A DNA stretch of 64,000 nucleotides. Source: Amphiscolops sp. MND2022. Its lineage: Eukaryota. Under the pieces are notes generated by a model, which was not told where the DNA came from, did no database searches, and saw nothing but the letters and a program-made list of their open reading frames with translations. Below are positions 12,901 through 22,900 of this stretch, in pieces (position 1 is the stretch's first letter; the number at the start of each line of letters is the position of its first letter). The position numbers and the translations under genes were made by a program. The stretch is taken from positions 11,348,001-11,412,000 of the forward strand of contig OZ076409.1 of assembly GCA_964187785.1 (NCBI GenBank), written 5' to 3'.

Positions 12901-13256
12901 AGTATTATCACCCTTCCAGTGTTAGAGTCTTGTCGCTGCAACTCAACAAATCGGGTCTTCATCGCTTGGATCACTGTTGAGAACATTTCGGGTATCTGGG
13001 GTTGGTACTTGATTTTGATTGCATTTTGGATTGCCTTAAAGAGTCGTTCTCGCCTGTTTATGACATCTATTCGTCGTAACAGTAGCTCTGCTATCTGTTT
13101 GTTGTCATCATTCCTAGCTAGGTTTTCATCAATTGCTCTGATCGTCTTGCCGTGCTCGCAAGCTGCATTCCAATGACTCACAATTTGGGCCGCGTCTGCA
13201 GAGTTCTTCAGAAAGTTTTCAACTTTGTTGATATCAAACAGTTTTGGTTGAGCCAT
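6876..13256 (-). CDS. BEL/Pao Gag-Pol polyprotein (2126 aa)
   Basis: Gag FSGDPLEW motif, three Cys/His knuckles, protease LCDSGAS, RT ADVEAMF / FYMDD, RNase H IFADAS / IPRLELQAA, integrase VDYFGP / SDNGTNF / GGVWERMV. The stop lies inside the 3' LTR. Confidence 0.97.
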   Translation of the reverse strand: MAQPKLFDINKVENFLKNSADAAQIVSHWNAACEHGKTIRAIDENLARNDDNKQIAELLLRRIDVINRRERLFKAIQNAIKIKYQPQIPEMFSTVIQAMKTRFVELQRQDSNTGRVIILMSALQDENQILNYLDLEEKKRGIDEKIAHNEKLRDERIENGEDAEEDYAAACQELLQERSDLKLKIEALLKSGEAGAILRSLEDAEQRLADVRASVAADKSSKNGTSPQKEPQPDDEQKEHDGHNADDSQEPRNGARSLPIEELSIHSRSERAKSNKTSVISKTSSARRVMHLELKALKEHEELQKRLEKLEREAKEKEIADLRQEVARKARIAEKEIEMAKVPSSCGSSFGSISPVGTPDDNLTKVSDWMDKTEEAENVALSINVPPSYQQTSISAPVISARSTHGGQGSAQVRDLKSSLKPVMSTEAAVRGLGMDRTKTVIGVGSQRATTQPEVKFATSKPSMTLMANQSWVPPTNGGNPSSAFQVPQLENTQKQYMPSHGPNIVSNARDDYYIRSSLPKLKLAVFSGDPLEWPEWSQLFQATVHAANMDDSVKMNHLKTMVTGKAKEAIAGLGYTAEMYNVAWNVLVRNFGKPQMVVNAQLKRIYSFPPMKPYDGAALIKFARIVSSCVNVLTEFNYVGDLNSEGVLGSATRKLTLDMKTKWLTYVKQMNLYQPGLSVFSEWLYDIADVQDELLLSSNPNADRAKSNYKEKAKGSTFATSTTNTASDNSKYQRECALKDGKHPIWKCEKFKKMNVEERGQKAKELKLCFKCLSDAHQMRNCSGRLCDVNGCGKPHHRLLHRPYKNVEQKQNVENVEEVSNLSSMKSSGVLPVIPVTIGSGRKNVKTFALCDSGASLSFVDESLMKALNLTGQPVDLNVAGIHGTSDISSKRLRVKIGDKDGKVKEDIMAFSHPNVNAGNRTYNIKKLKEAYPHLSVLRDSTINLGEVKVILGQDCYHLHRAIDYRKCGNAKPWAVRTKLGWMLSGPLPQQETAKLATESLVAAEVDPLADQVKSWWSMESYASNCSVSGRSKEDERALEMLKATTKFDGKRYEVGLLWKNAKPHLPNNYSSAVSQLKSLERRLEKDANLKQRYKETIDVDVQKGFVRILDEAELENTKSDLQWYVPHLPVLNPNKPDKVRRVCNAASKFGGVSLNDKLMAGPDLLQSLIGIIFRFREKEIALTADVEAMFLQVKVPPTDCKVLRFLWRENHTEPISVYEYGRHIFGAKSSPTCVNYALQQVGRDSRDDNGMVAKLINRNFYMDDFVKSVASREEAVEVYNCLRKSLADRGFQLTKWICNSEKVMEEIPSEDRSDALSKTFEAEPLAPSILGLQWNVESDSLEICRGTGKEVPVKITQRIVLSHVSSVFDPLGLFSPFTVRMRLLLKGIWKKHGQSWDEQVSPEDEIAFKDWASELSHMNEMAIKRKYLSKNAEVVDLHIFADASLEAMCIVAYFRDQQTGELAYVVGKCRVAPMKQQSIPRLELQAAMYGTRLKQLIVDEHDIQVERTFFWTDSTTVLQWLHGADKKQPVFVANRVAEILDSSTIDQWRYVEGILNPADIGTRGQSVHELEKSEWFTGPAWLREKEVAWPQTSPQLFQQKTEDIEQVFEVVPEEKNIDWEKFGSFRRMTRIFAYCLRFKSKIKGKVVITEEMQQVIRLLLRKSQMESFGPTYQALAAGKPMAASDNLNKLSPFMEDQNLMRLKGRLRHADASYEMKHPILLSAKHPIVRKLIGDAHESNYHEGTEYVSSILQQNYWIIGLRNALRNVKLKCVKCRKQQVGGVQPFMADLPKERLEERVFPFANTGVDYFGPFEVRFMRKSMKRWCCLFTCLTTRAVHVEVVTSLEADACLAAITRFIARRGKPNIILSDNGTNFVGAAREMREWIEAWNQSDIEQSLAQKQIKWKFNPPGALHFGGVWERMVRSCKKAMMAIVGNRTLTDDVLFTTMCLVEQILNSRPLTSVSNDPEDLEALTPNHFLLGRASPATPFIPDAQRYTDLRRVFRVSQAYADMIWSRWNRECLPQWNERSKWNKEEVRQLEVNDLVWIVDENVKRAHYKMGRVLDVYHGSDGRVRSALVKTEDGKLKRPVVKLAPMFYESVFREKNRAGNVGASQLRDQKLKLERD

Positions 13257-13283
13257 TTCTTCTCTTCTTGATTGAACTCAGTT

Positions 13284-13486
13284 CCCAAAGTCACAATAGC
13301 CCAAACTCCCAGAGACACAATAGCCCAATCTCCCAGAGACACAGTAGCCGAATCTCCCAGAGACACAATAGCCCAATCTCCCAGAGACACAGTAGCCCAA
13401 TCTACAGAGACACAGTAGCTCAATCTCCCAGAGACACAATAGCCCAATCTCCCAGAGACACAGTAGCCCAATCTCCCAGAGACACA
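13284..13486. repeat. 24-bp tandem array in the BEL/Pao 5' leader (~8 copies)
   Basis: Unit GAGACACA(A/G)TAGCCCAATCTCCCA repeated head-to-tail; one unit is 23 bp. Confidence 0.95.
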
Positions 13487-13618
13487 AAATCAGCAACTCC
13501 AAGATCCAGACACTTGTTCTTCTTGGGCAATCTTCTCAGTTGTCCACCAACGAGTCGTCTTCTTCTTCTAGTCCGGGTCGTCCACCAACGAGGTGTCCGG
13601 GTCGTCCACCAACGAGTT

Positions 13619-13636
13619 GTCCGGGTCGGCGGACCA
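13619..13636 (-). promoter_or_regulatory. Primer-binding site of BEL/Pao element (tRNA-Tyr-like)
   Basis: TGGTCCGCCGACCCGGAC on the minus strand, 2 nt inside the 5' LTR boundary. Resembles the complement of a tRNA-Tyr 3' end; tRNA identity is inferred. Confidence 0.8.
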
Positions 13637-13638
13637 AA

Positions 13639-14589
13639 TGTAACGGCTGCTTGCCCTTATCCTGCGCTGAGGCTTGACAAACTTTACGCCGCCCTGATCC
13701 GTTGCTTAGTACTGTGGACCGTTACTAAACAAATCCTGGTTTTCTTGTTTTAAAGGACTGTATCTTTTGGCTGGTGGGTCCGATGTGACCCGTGGAATCT
13801 CCTGCGATTCCTCTTTGCACTGATTTGGATCCGATGTGATCCTTAACACACTTCCCTCACAGTATCTTCACGCGCTCCGGCTCTCCAACTATGAGAGTAG
13901 CTACTTAGTCGCTCTAACTCTAGCGAAAAGTTGTGAAGATTGAGAAGTTGATTAATTAGTCTTGCGGTCCTGAGACCCAACTTGACTATAGCTATTCAGT
14001 GGAGAAAATCTCTATCTAATAATGGTATACATATCGTTCACAATTCTACAGTAAATATAAGCAAATATCAGTTGAAATATGTTGTATAAATAAATGACAT
14101 TTAAAGCATAAAATGAAGTTATTGGCTAAGTAAACAAACGATGTGGTGGTTTTGGCATGTTGGTCAGGTGGGGTAAAAGGTATGTTTACACAATGTAAAT
14201 ATCATTAATTTCAACAGAGTTACATTTCCTTCAAGGTCATATGAGAAAATAACATAATAATTAATACATCAAAATTGGGTAATTCATGGGGTCCGACCTA
14301 GGTCACTTTGGGTGTTAATTGCTCGGAACCCAGAGAAGATACGGGGTTCGGTGTTTCGAGTGAAAAGTTAGTGTAGCACCACTACTATACGTGTGCCAAG
14401 TTTCAAGGTGATTGAATGAGTGGTTGACCGGGACGGGGGGGTGGCCCTTTTTTACATAGGGTCATTTTTGCTAAGACTTGTAATTTTCCAACTTAAATCT
14501 TGATAAAGTTTCTAAGTGTTTTGAGTTATAAGTTTCATCAGTCACGTTCGAGTTTGAGTTTCTGATCTCGCAATTGACTGGCGCCAACA
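13639..14589 (-). repeat. 5' LTR of BEL/Pao element
   Basis: Direct repeat of 5976-6927, adjacent to the PBS. Confidence 0.96.
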
Positions 14590-15813
14590 GATATCGAAAA
14601 GAAAGCAAAAAACTGTGTGGCCCGCATGGCATCCGGTAAGAATTTAAAATACCAAATACCGAAACGCGAACTCGGAAAACTAAAAACACTAACGGAACCG
14701 AGACAAGAAATTTAAACTGATTTTTCCGGAAAACTAAATAACGAAAAACTAAATCTCGAAGTTCACCTCGAAAAAGTGCAAAGAATTTTGTGAATCAAAA
14801 AATATAGAAATTGAATATAGCACACCGAGAATCCATACCGGTACGAGAGCAGTAGAACGCGCAATACAAACATTGAAGATTTTAATCATTACCAACCTAG
14901 AAGGAAACATATGCCTATGCGAATGTGTAAATAGAGCAATGAACGTGATGCGCTTTACAATATATACGGGGATGAAAATCACGCCATTCGAACTACACCA
15001 CGGTCGGAAACCAAGAACCGAACTAACGAACGTGATAAAAAACGGAAGATCATTCCTTTCTAACTGGTCGGAATTACCTGTTTTAGCAAGTGATAAACCG
15101 AAGATCCCCATCTATATAACCAGAAATGGTGATGGAGAAGTGGCAAATCACATAGTAATGGCCCGGACCAAGAATGAACAAAAAGCATTAGCCGAAAAAT
15201 CTCCGAAGAAGAAAAATTCGGTTGGTTTATACCCTTTCCAATTCTTTGAATAGAACCATAACAAAAAATCGTTGGAAGGTAGATTTCAGAACAAATTACA
15301 AAATGTAAATGGTACGGAACAAACCATAACCACCGACACCGGAAATATTATCCACCGAAAATTTTTTGCGGGTCCGAGTGTATTTCAGAAAGAAAGGAAG
15401 GCAGCCCCGAAAATCGGAGACAACATCGGATCCAAAAATCGCCATTGCCTCAGAGGAGTCGACGGTAAATATATGCAATGGTACTGCGTGACGTACTCAA
15501 CGGAAAGTTGAAAATCGTTCCAAACCAAAGAACCGAATCAGACTCGGGAAGTGAAAAGGGCGAAATAGAGGATGACGAGAGTGATTTCGAGAATCACGAT
15601 ACCTCCGAGAAAAACGGCTGCTACCGACCAGTGACAACATCCCCCGAGGATGAACTCAATCTACACACCGACGGTGAAATAGATACCTGTGAGAAAAAAC
15701 TTAAAAACAATACAACAGAAAACGAAAGAACAAGACGATCAAACCGTAAAAGTAGACAACCGAATAGATACAGGGTGTTACATATACAAAAAATTTCTGG
15801 GTGTGATTATTAA
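14590..15813 (+). pseudogene. pol: Remainder of Gypsy element 1 integrase and C-terminal tail
   Basis: Removing the BEL insertion restores ...WWPNMQKDI|EKKAKNCVA.... Later fragments include ERAIQTLK and TPFELHHGRKPRT. The core is partly deleted and frameshifted. Confidence 0.88.
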
Positions 15814-15943
15814 AACAAAACTGTTACAGGTGAAAGATGGAACGTCCGAAAAGAGCCCCTGAAACCGTTGACCAAACCAGCAGATTTCACCCGGGAGAAA
15901 ACACCGACTCCGGGAACATCGAACCAGTGAACGAAGAGAGCCC

Positions 15944-15956
15944 AGAAGGGAGGAAA
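15944..15956 (+). promoter_or_regulatory. Polypurine tract of Gypsy element 1
   Basis: AGAAGGGAGGAAA directly abutting the 3' LTR. Confidence 0.88.
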
Positions 15957-16179
15957 TGTTATACGGTGTAATACCGAACCGAATCTTTCGGATGACAAAT
16001 GTCAATCAAACTTAGTTCTTCCCCTTAGACATTCATAGAACAAATGAGATTTATGTTTGTATATATTTGTAAACATAGTGCTAAATCTGTCATATTAAAG
16101 ATACATCATTTGTAATACAGATCATTAAGAAAAGAAGATCGCTTTGACTTTGCTTTTGAGTTTAAAGATACTTTTAACA
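15957..16179 (+). repeat. 3' LTR of Gypsy element 1 (223 bp)
   Basis: TGTTA...TAACA termini; matches 2808-3011. Confidence 0.92.
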
Positions 16180-16387
16180 AAAGACTATATTGTTTTCTTA
16201 TCAAACCAAGAAATAGAACAGCCCATAGTGTGTTTGAACCCTAATTGATCTATCAAAACAAAGCATTGCGCATACTTACATTTGCACATCAATGTAATAA
16301 TCTCAAATTCTCTGCACCAATTTGACAATATGTAATACTTTACATTGATTACTTTACTCAACTGATTGGCTTCATTCGATTGATCAA

Positions 16388-17253
16388 GGCTTTCCCGACC
16401 AGGCCGATAATAATCTGACCATATTATGGCACCATAGAAATCATACAAACTTACTTACTATGAACTTGCCATGATCGGCCTGGAATCATATATGGTCCAG
16501 AGTATGATCGGCCTGGAATCATATATGGTCCAGAGTATGGTCAGCGTGGAATCAGAAATTTTTGTTCCAAACGTGTGTTGACGTGACATGCAAACAAAAA
16601 TTTCCAAATATTGAGAACAGTCAGGTTTATAGGCTGAGGGCAATGGAGCCACATTCGATCTTTTGTATCTGCGAACGATACATTGCAGGTCAGAACTCCG
16701 TTAAGCTCTAAGCGGAGTTAAAGACAAACTATAGTAACTCAGTTTGTTCTCAGCCACTCCTTAGTTAATAACTAACTCTTTTGTTATAGCAGTACGCACT
16801 TTGCAGTATGATTTTTGATTATTTCGAGACAAATTACCAATAATTCAGCAAAAGATGCCCAAAATTGATGATTGCTACCTTGTTTTCAATTTGGTGATTG
16901 TATTGAACCTTTGGTTGAGGAATATCTTGTAATTTCATCAGTGTATGCGTTAATTGACTACATTATCCTAATTTTTTTATGGCTCCAGGCTGACCATACT
17001 CTGGGCCATAAAGGTTTATGGTTCCAGGCTGATCATAGACTGAACCATATATGGCCCAGAATATGGTCAGGCTGGAACCATAAACTTTGCTTTTTTATGG
17101 TTCCAGGCTGATCATAGACTGGACCATATATCTCCAGAGTATGGTCAGCCTGGAACCACAAACCTTTATGGTCAAGAGTATGATCAGCCTGGAATCATAC
17201 TGTGAGTATGATGGCAGAGTATGATTGACCTGTTTTTGTATGGGAGGGAAACC
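16388..17253. repeat. Foldback-like element of ~33-bp units in both orientations
   Basis: ATGATCGGCCTGGAATCATATATGGTCCAGAGT units at 16470-16555, inverted copies at ~16984-17130, forward copies again to ~17230. Boundaries are approximate. Confidence 0.65.
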
Positions 17254-17849
17254 CGGGATGCCAAAACCAACAATCGTTATAACTGTTGTCATTTCAATAT
17301 CATTCGGTCATATCAGTAGTAACTAGTCATAGCCAGAGGAGCCAGAGGAGCCAGAGGGAGATACCCCCTCTCCCAGCAGATGACAGACCTTCAGCTAAGC
17401 CAGGAAACAGGGACCACTTCCTTTCCTCAAAAGGTAGGCGGCGAAACAGCTGTGACAGGCCTCCTCATTCCATGATGAGACCACACAATTCACCAAAGTT
17501 CAAATTACTGACGTTCCGAATTTTCTAACAACCCGAATTTTTATCTGGTAAATGAGATCAGCGTGGAAACTTAGTGAACAACCCGAACCTGAGGGAAGCC
17601 CCGTTCGACTGTACCCCTGGCCAATACCCGTCACCAATACCCTTGATCCCCGCAACGTGACCCATGACCCCTTGAGCTTGACTTCGACCCTCCGGAAAGT
17701 ACTCGTAGTGGTAAAACTCGTCGAAGTTGAAAAAGATTCTAAAGAGAAAAATCTATTTTACGGTTCAAGCATTCATGCAAACAATCTTCGTGAAAATGTG
17801 CAAAATCTGATTGATAAAACTTTCCAAGATGAAAACGAATTGATAATCC

Positions 17850-18307
17850 GACAGGACGTCCTAAATAAGAGCCTCTGTAAACATTAAAGCAAGTTTTATC
17901 GTTCTTCATCAGTATTTTACCTAGTAAATGTCAAATAACCTTGAAATATTGCATGAAAGGTCTTTCTAGCCATTGGTTGATTTTGTTTCTAAATATTCAT
18001 AATCGCATCAATCTGACTCTTTTTCATATTCATTTTGCTTCAATTTGTCACGGATTTAGCCGATATTTTGTTGAAATAAGTTATTTAATTCATTGGCTTT
18101 CAGCCAACTTTAGACACCGAATTTTAAAGTTTTACAAGACCGGAAAAATAGAAGAATGAACTAACGGCAAACCCCTGTGAAACGGGGTCTCTATTTCATA
18201 ATAGCGTCATAATAAGAAGTCTCGAACGTTCAATTACTTGAACAAAGATAAGGGGTGAGCATGACTTGGCTTTATACGTTTTCCCGTTTTGCAATACACT
18301 GAGACGT
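17850..18307 (+). repeat. Repeat block B (second copy 34764-35256; diverged relative near 2545-2800)
   Basis: Direct match from GACAGGACGTCCTAAATAA to GCAATACACTGAGACGT. Confidence 0.88.
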
Positions 18308-18453
18308 TGTTATTTTCCGACCCACATTTTCAATGGGGAGGAAAAATCATCATCTGTGTTGCGTTTTTTTCCAAATTCTGCCAAAATTCCACTTTGTACA
18401 ACTCCACTCCACTTACTCAGTCTCCCTGCTCAGCCTTCATCCTTCATACTGAG

Positions 18454-18628
18454 ATGGGAATATTATTTAAAATAAAAATGGGATTAAGATCTAAATGGAA
18501 TAAGATCTAAACTTTCAGGACGGGATTTTAATATTTGAAGTAAAAATGGTATTAAGATCTAAAGAGAATAAGATCTAGAATTTCAGGACGGGATTTTAAT
18601 ATTTAAAGTAAAAATGGGATTAAGATCT
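18454..18628. mobile_element. Left part of a TAAGATCTAAA-repeat foldback MITE split by the env-bearing element (right part 33356-33423)
   Basis: Repeated TAAGATCTAAA units continue after the 3' LTR and end in inverted copies (TTTAGATCTTATTC). Confidence 0.65.
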
Positions 18629-19040
18629 TGTGATGCCATGATGCATGTCCTCAAAGATTCTATAAATCTGAAATACTCTGAACTCTTAACCAAAGTAATT
18701 AGCAGATGTAATCTAATTCGAAAGCTAATTATTCTAGAAGAAACATCATCTAATATATCCTGTACCAAGCTTCCCCGATTCGTCCTGTTGCTGTCACATT
18801 GTTAATTGATGAAACCTACCCTAGTTAATAGAATATATATACACGGAGAAATTGAGAATTCATCCTAGCAATCGGTCTTCCTCCCACACTTCAAGAACTG
18901 AGATCTCAGAGATAGATTGTACTCAGAACTAGCTAGCTACAAGAAAAAAGATAAGACGACTCTGCTGTTAAAATCTTAGACTTCTTATGTCAGTAATAAC
19001 ACTTCTAAAAGAAACCACCACACAACTTTTTAACAGCTCA
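18629..19040 (+). repeat. 5' LTR of env-bearing element
   Basis: TGTGATG...GCTCA; matches 32944-33355 with about 11 substitutions counted by eye. Confidence 0.96.
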
Positions 19041-19042
19041 AT

Positions 19043-19053
19043 TGGTGCGACCG
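19043..19053 (+). promoter_or_regulatory. Primer-binding site (probably truncated)
   Basis: TGGTGCGACCG two nt after the LTR, fused directly to gag-coding sequence. Confidence 0.7.
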
Positions 19054-19990
19054 GCTGGTGTAATGAGAATGCATCCACTATGAACCTCAAATGTAATGAA
19101 ATCTTTACAAAAGGACTTCCAAAAAACCTTAAAGTCTTTGCAAATAAAAGGCAAGTAAAACACACTTCCACTGTTCTAGAACCTTCAATTCCTTTTCATA
19201 CATTAGTAAAACTTGTTGACGCTGAAGATATTGCAAACGACAAAATCAGAACACATGATCTTGCACTTGAAATTAACAATATTACAAAACAATTGAACAC
19301 TCAAACTCTTGACCCCTCATCTCAAGAGCAACTTATGTATACACAACCCAAAGACCCGAATAACAAAAATAAACCTGCATACAAAAAATATTGCTCATAC
19401 TGTCATAGAACAAATCATTCCATTTCTGCTTGTTTCAAAAAACAACGAGATGATGAAGATAAACGAGAAGCATATGCTCGATCAAAATCTCCACAAAAAT
19501 CATTCGTTCAGTACTTTCGTTCTCCTTCCAATGATAGAACAAATTACTATGATAATCGATACCGAAGTCGAAGTACTTCACGAGACAATTCTTACAACAA
19601 AAATTATTCACAAAACCGATACCGTTCTACATCTCGCGATGGAGATAGATTTCGTTACGACAAAAGTACTACTCCTCCACACTACTCTAGATCAAAATAT
19701 GATACATACAAACGTGATTCTCGGTCTTACCGTTCTCCTTACAGATCTTCTTATAGATCCCCATATCGACAAAACTCTCGTCCTAGATACAGATCACGCT
19801 CCTATTCAAGAGACAACAAATTCACAAAGTACACAAATTCATATAGACCACCATCAAGACCAAGAGACTCTAGATTTTCTAGATCCCGCTCACACTCCAA
19901 TTCCAAAAATAAAATCAATATGATACAACAACAAGACCAAACTGACCCTGTAAAATTTGAAGTACACATGTATCACCCAACAGCAATGGC
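19054..19990 (+). pseudogene. gag: C-terminal part of gag: single CCHC knuckle and Arg/Ser/Tyr-rich tail
   Basis: CSYCHRTNHSISAC at 19392-19433 followed by RS-rich repeats, in frame with protease LDSGAS. The N-terminus is apparently deleted. Confidence 0.85.
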
Positions 19991-22900
19991 AAATGCTGTC
20001 ACACCTACAAGTTGGTTTTATACACTATATGTACATACACCATCAAGTATAGTACAAAGAGACAACCCATCCCGATTAGAAATTGCATTCCTCCTAGATA
20101 GCGGTGCTTCCATTTCTGTACTCAATTACCCAACATATAACTCTTACAAAACTTCTAGATATCAGATCAAATCACACCTCTGATGTTGAACCAACTCGAA
20201 ATTCCAAAACATTAACTGTTGCAAACCAAACTGAAGTTCCTATTTTACATTATGCAAATATAATTTTGAACACCACTATTGATGAAAACTCTCGTTACTT
20301 TTCAGTACCTTTCGCAGTAGCTGATATCAAATACAACATCCTTGGCACACCATTCTTTGAAGACAATATACAAAACATAAACATACAAGACTTTACACTC
20401 GAATTTAAATACCAATCAAAAACACACCCAAGTTATGCAAAGTTCACAACACTCCTATCTAAAGATTATCCATATTTCTCTTACATTTATAGAATTAATT
20501 CAAAAACTCAAATACGTCTAAAACCCAAGTCTTCAAAAATTGCACACTTTCCAATTAAAAATTATCATAATCTTCATTTTACAACTGCACCACAAAACCA
20601 CTTCTTTCCTTCAGTACCTCATACCTATTTTGCTACCAAATTTCGTACAACTTTCAATTTCATTGAAGTATTTACAGATGACAAGCCAGACATTTGTGCA
20701 ACTATTATTCAGAACACTTCAAAACATGTTGCAACCCTGCCTACAGGACATATTGGATACATTGATGTTCCAATTACTAATGAAAAACCTAAATTCTTCC
20801 AAGTTAACGACATTAACACTTTAATACATAATGTTACTCATACTTATCATCCTGATATTACAGAACCACTTCCACAAACTAACTATATTGTACAATATGA
20901 TGATCCTACAACCCCTCCTCCTCAATTCTCTCTACATCAAATTTATATGACAAATAACGACATTCCAAATCAAACTTCTCCTTTATATAACGTTCAACCT
21001 ACTTCTCACACTTCCGAAAAACGCATTTTCCCTTCTCTACCATATACTTCTGAAAATCTGAAACTTAATAATAAATTTAACTTCCAATTTTCTGACCTTA
21101 CAGATACAGAATACATTACTCTTTGCAATATGTTACTCAAGTATAAAACATGTTATGCAACTCATAAAAACGACGTTGGAAAAATTTCAACACCATTTCG
21201 TATACGACTTAAACCAAATGCTCAACTTATGACACAACGTCCTTCCAAAGTCCCTATTCACTACCGAGACAAACTTAACGTACTTCTCAAAGAACTCGAA
21301 AAATATAACATTATCAAACAAATAGGTTCCTCTCCTCAAGACAAACCCGTTTATGGCACAACTTATTTAAACCCTCTCATTATAATCCCAAAGGGAGATT
21401 CAATAAAATGTGTATTAGACGCTCGACACCTTAACTCCAATACAGAACAATCTGATGAATCTTGGCCTATTGAACCTCTTGCTCCACAACTAGCACGCGC
21501 AAATAAGAAGTACAAATCTGCTATTGACCTTATGTATGCCTATGCACATACACCTCTTGACGAAGACACTATAAAACTTACTAGTTTCTCTTCCGGAGAT
21601 AAACTTTTCGCTTTTATCCGAGGCTTTTATGGTCTCAAAGGACTACCAAACTTCTTTACAAAACAAATGTCTACTTTCTTTAAAACTCTTATACAACAAG
21701 GTTTCGCTCTTGTCTACATTGACGATATATTACTTTTATCTGATTCTAAAGAACACATGTTCCAACTCATAGAACAACTACACATTATTAGTACAAAAAA
21801 CAATCTTAAACTAGCCCCTGAAAAATCCTTTTTCATGCTTCTTAAAGTCAAATTCCTTGGACATGAAATTGGTTACAATACAATTAAACCAATACATTCA
21901 AAAATTGCAGCTATCCATAAAATCCCTTCTCCAACTGGCAAAGTTGCCCTATTGAGTTTCATTGGCGCACTCAATTTTTACACCAAATTTATTGAAAAAC
22001 TACATATTAACCTCAAACCATTTTACGATCTTTTACATGAAAACACTCCTTGGAAATGGACAGACGAACACGAAAGTCTATTCCAAAAACCCAAAATGTC
22101 TCTCACTTCTGAAACAGAATTAACAATACCAAATACAAAACATCCATTTTTCATTACATTTGACGCTTCCCTTAATGGTTTAGGCGCTGTCTTATTCCAA
22201 TTAAATGACCAAAACAAAATGAAAGTCATATCGTACAACTCTCGTATACTTAATCCACAAGAACAAAAACTCTCCACACTTGATAGAGAACTTCTTGGTA
22301 TAGTACACGCACTTCAAATCTATGAATTTCTCATCATAGGTTCTCCCCATCCAATACACATTTTTACTGATCACAAACCTTTATTACATTGTTTTACAAA
22401 GAAAGGTAATCTCAGTCCTCGTTTCTACAGAGCTCAAATGCAATTGACAAAGTTTTCAAAACTCAAAATAATTCACACTCCTGGAAAAAATCTCTCTGTT
22501 GCCGATATGTTAAGTCGCTCCTTCACAAAAGCTGAATTACAACTAAACCAGTTAAAACATAAACACCTCCCACCACAAATCGATTTTGCACTTCTACAAG
22601 ACAACACTCTTAAACCTGTACATTACTTAATTAAACATGAAGAAATTTTACCTCATCAAAAACATGACTCTGATCCAATTCTCGCTGATTATGGTACAGA
22701 TCAATTCTCTATTCGTATCAATGATAAAGGAAATGACATTGTTGTCAAACCATTACAATCCTTCTCATTCAAATCTATAACTTTTTTTCAAACTAAGTTC
22801 AAGACACCAATAAAAAAGAACAATAAAACCCTTCATCAACAATCTCTCTTACTTAATGATACTGACGTTACAAGTGATGACGAAGATCATATATACACCA

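Larger units (their letters stand above)
5976..14589 (-). mobile_element. Full-length BEL/Pao LTR retrotransposon
   Basis: ~952-bp near-identical TG...CA LTRs. 5-bp TSD GATAT (5971-5975 / 14590-14594). One uninterrupted polyprotein ORF. Confidence 0.97.
2808..16179 (+). mobile_element. Decayed Ty3/Gypsy LTR retrotransposon, interrupted by a nested BEL/Pao element
   Basis: Matching LTRs at 2808 and 15957. PR-RT-RH-IN order in fragmented frames. PPT before the 3' LTR. No matching TSD seen. Confidence 0.92.

Noticed and set aside
7902..13176. Short + strand ORFs within the BEL element
   Set aside because: They are antisense shadows of the long polyprotein ORF, with no motifs.
13284..13486. CRISPR-like array
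   Set aside because: Units are head-to-tail with no unique spacers, there are no cas genes, and it lies in a retrotransposon leader.
13208..13753. Repetitive ORFs (87, 169 and 74 aa)
   Set aside because: They are translations of the 24-bp repeat and LTR sequence.
19309..19923. 204-aa overlapping ORF in gag
   Set aside because: It is an alternative frame of the RS-rich repeat on a G-poor strand where stops are rare, has a TTG start, and has no independent support.
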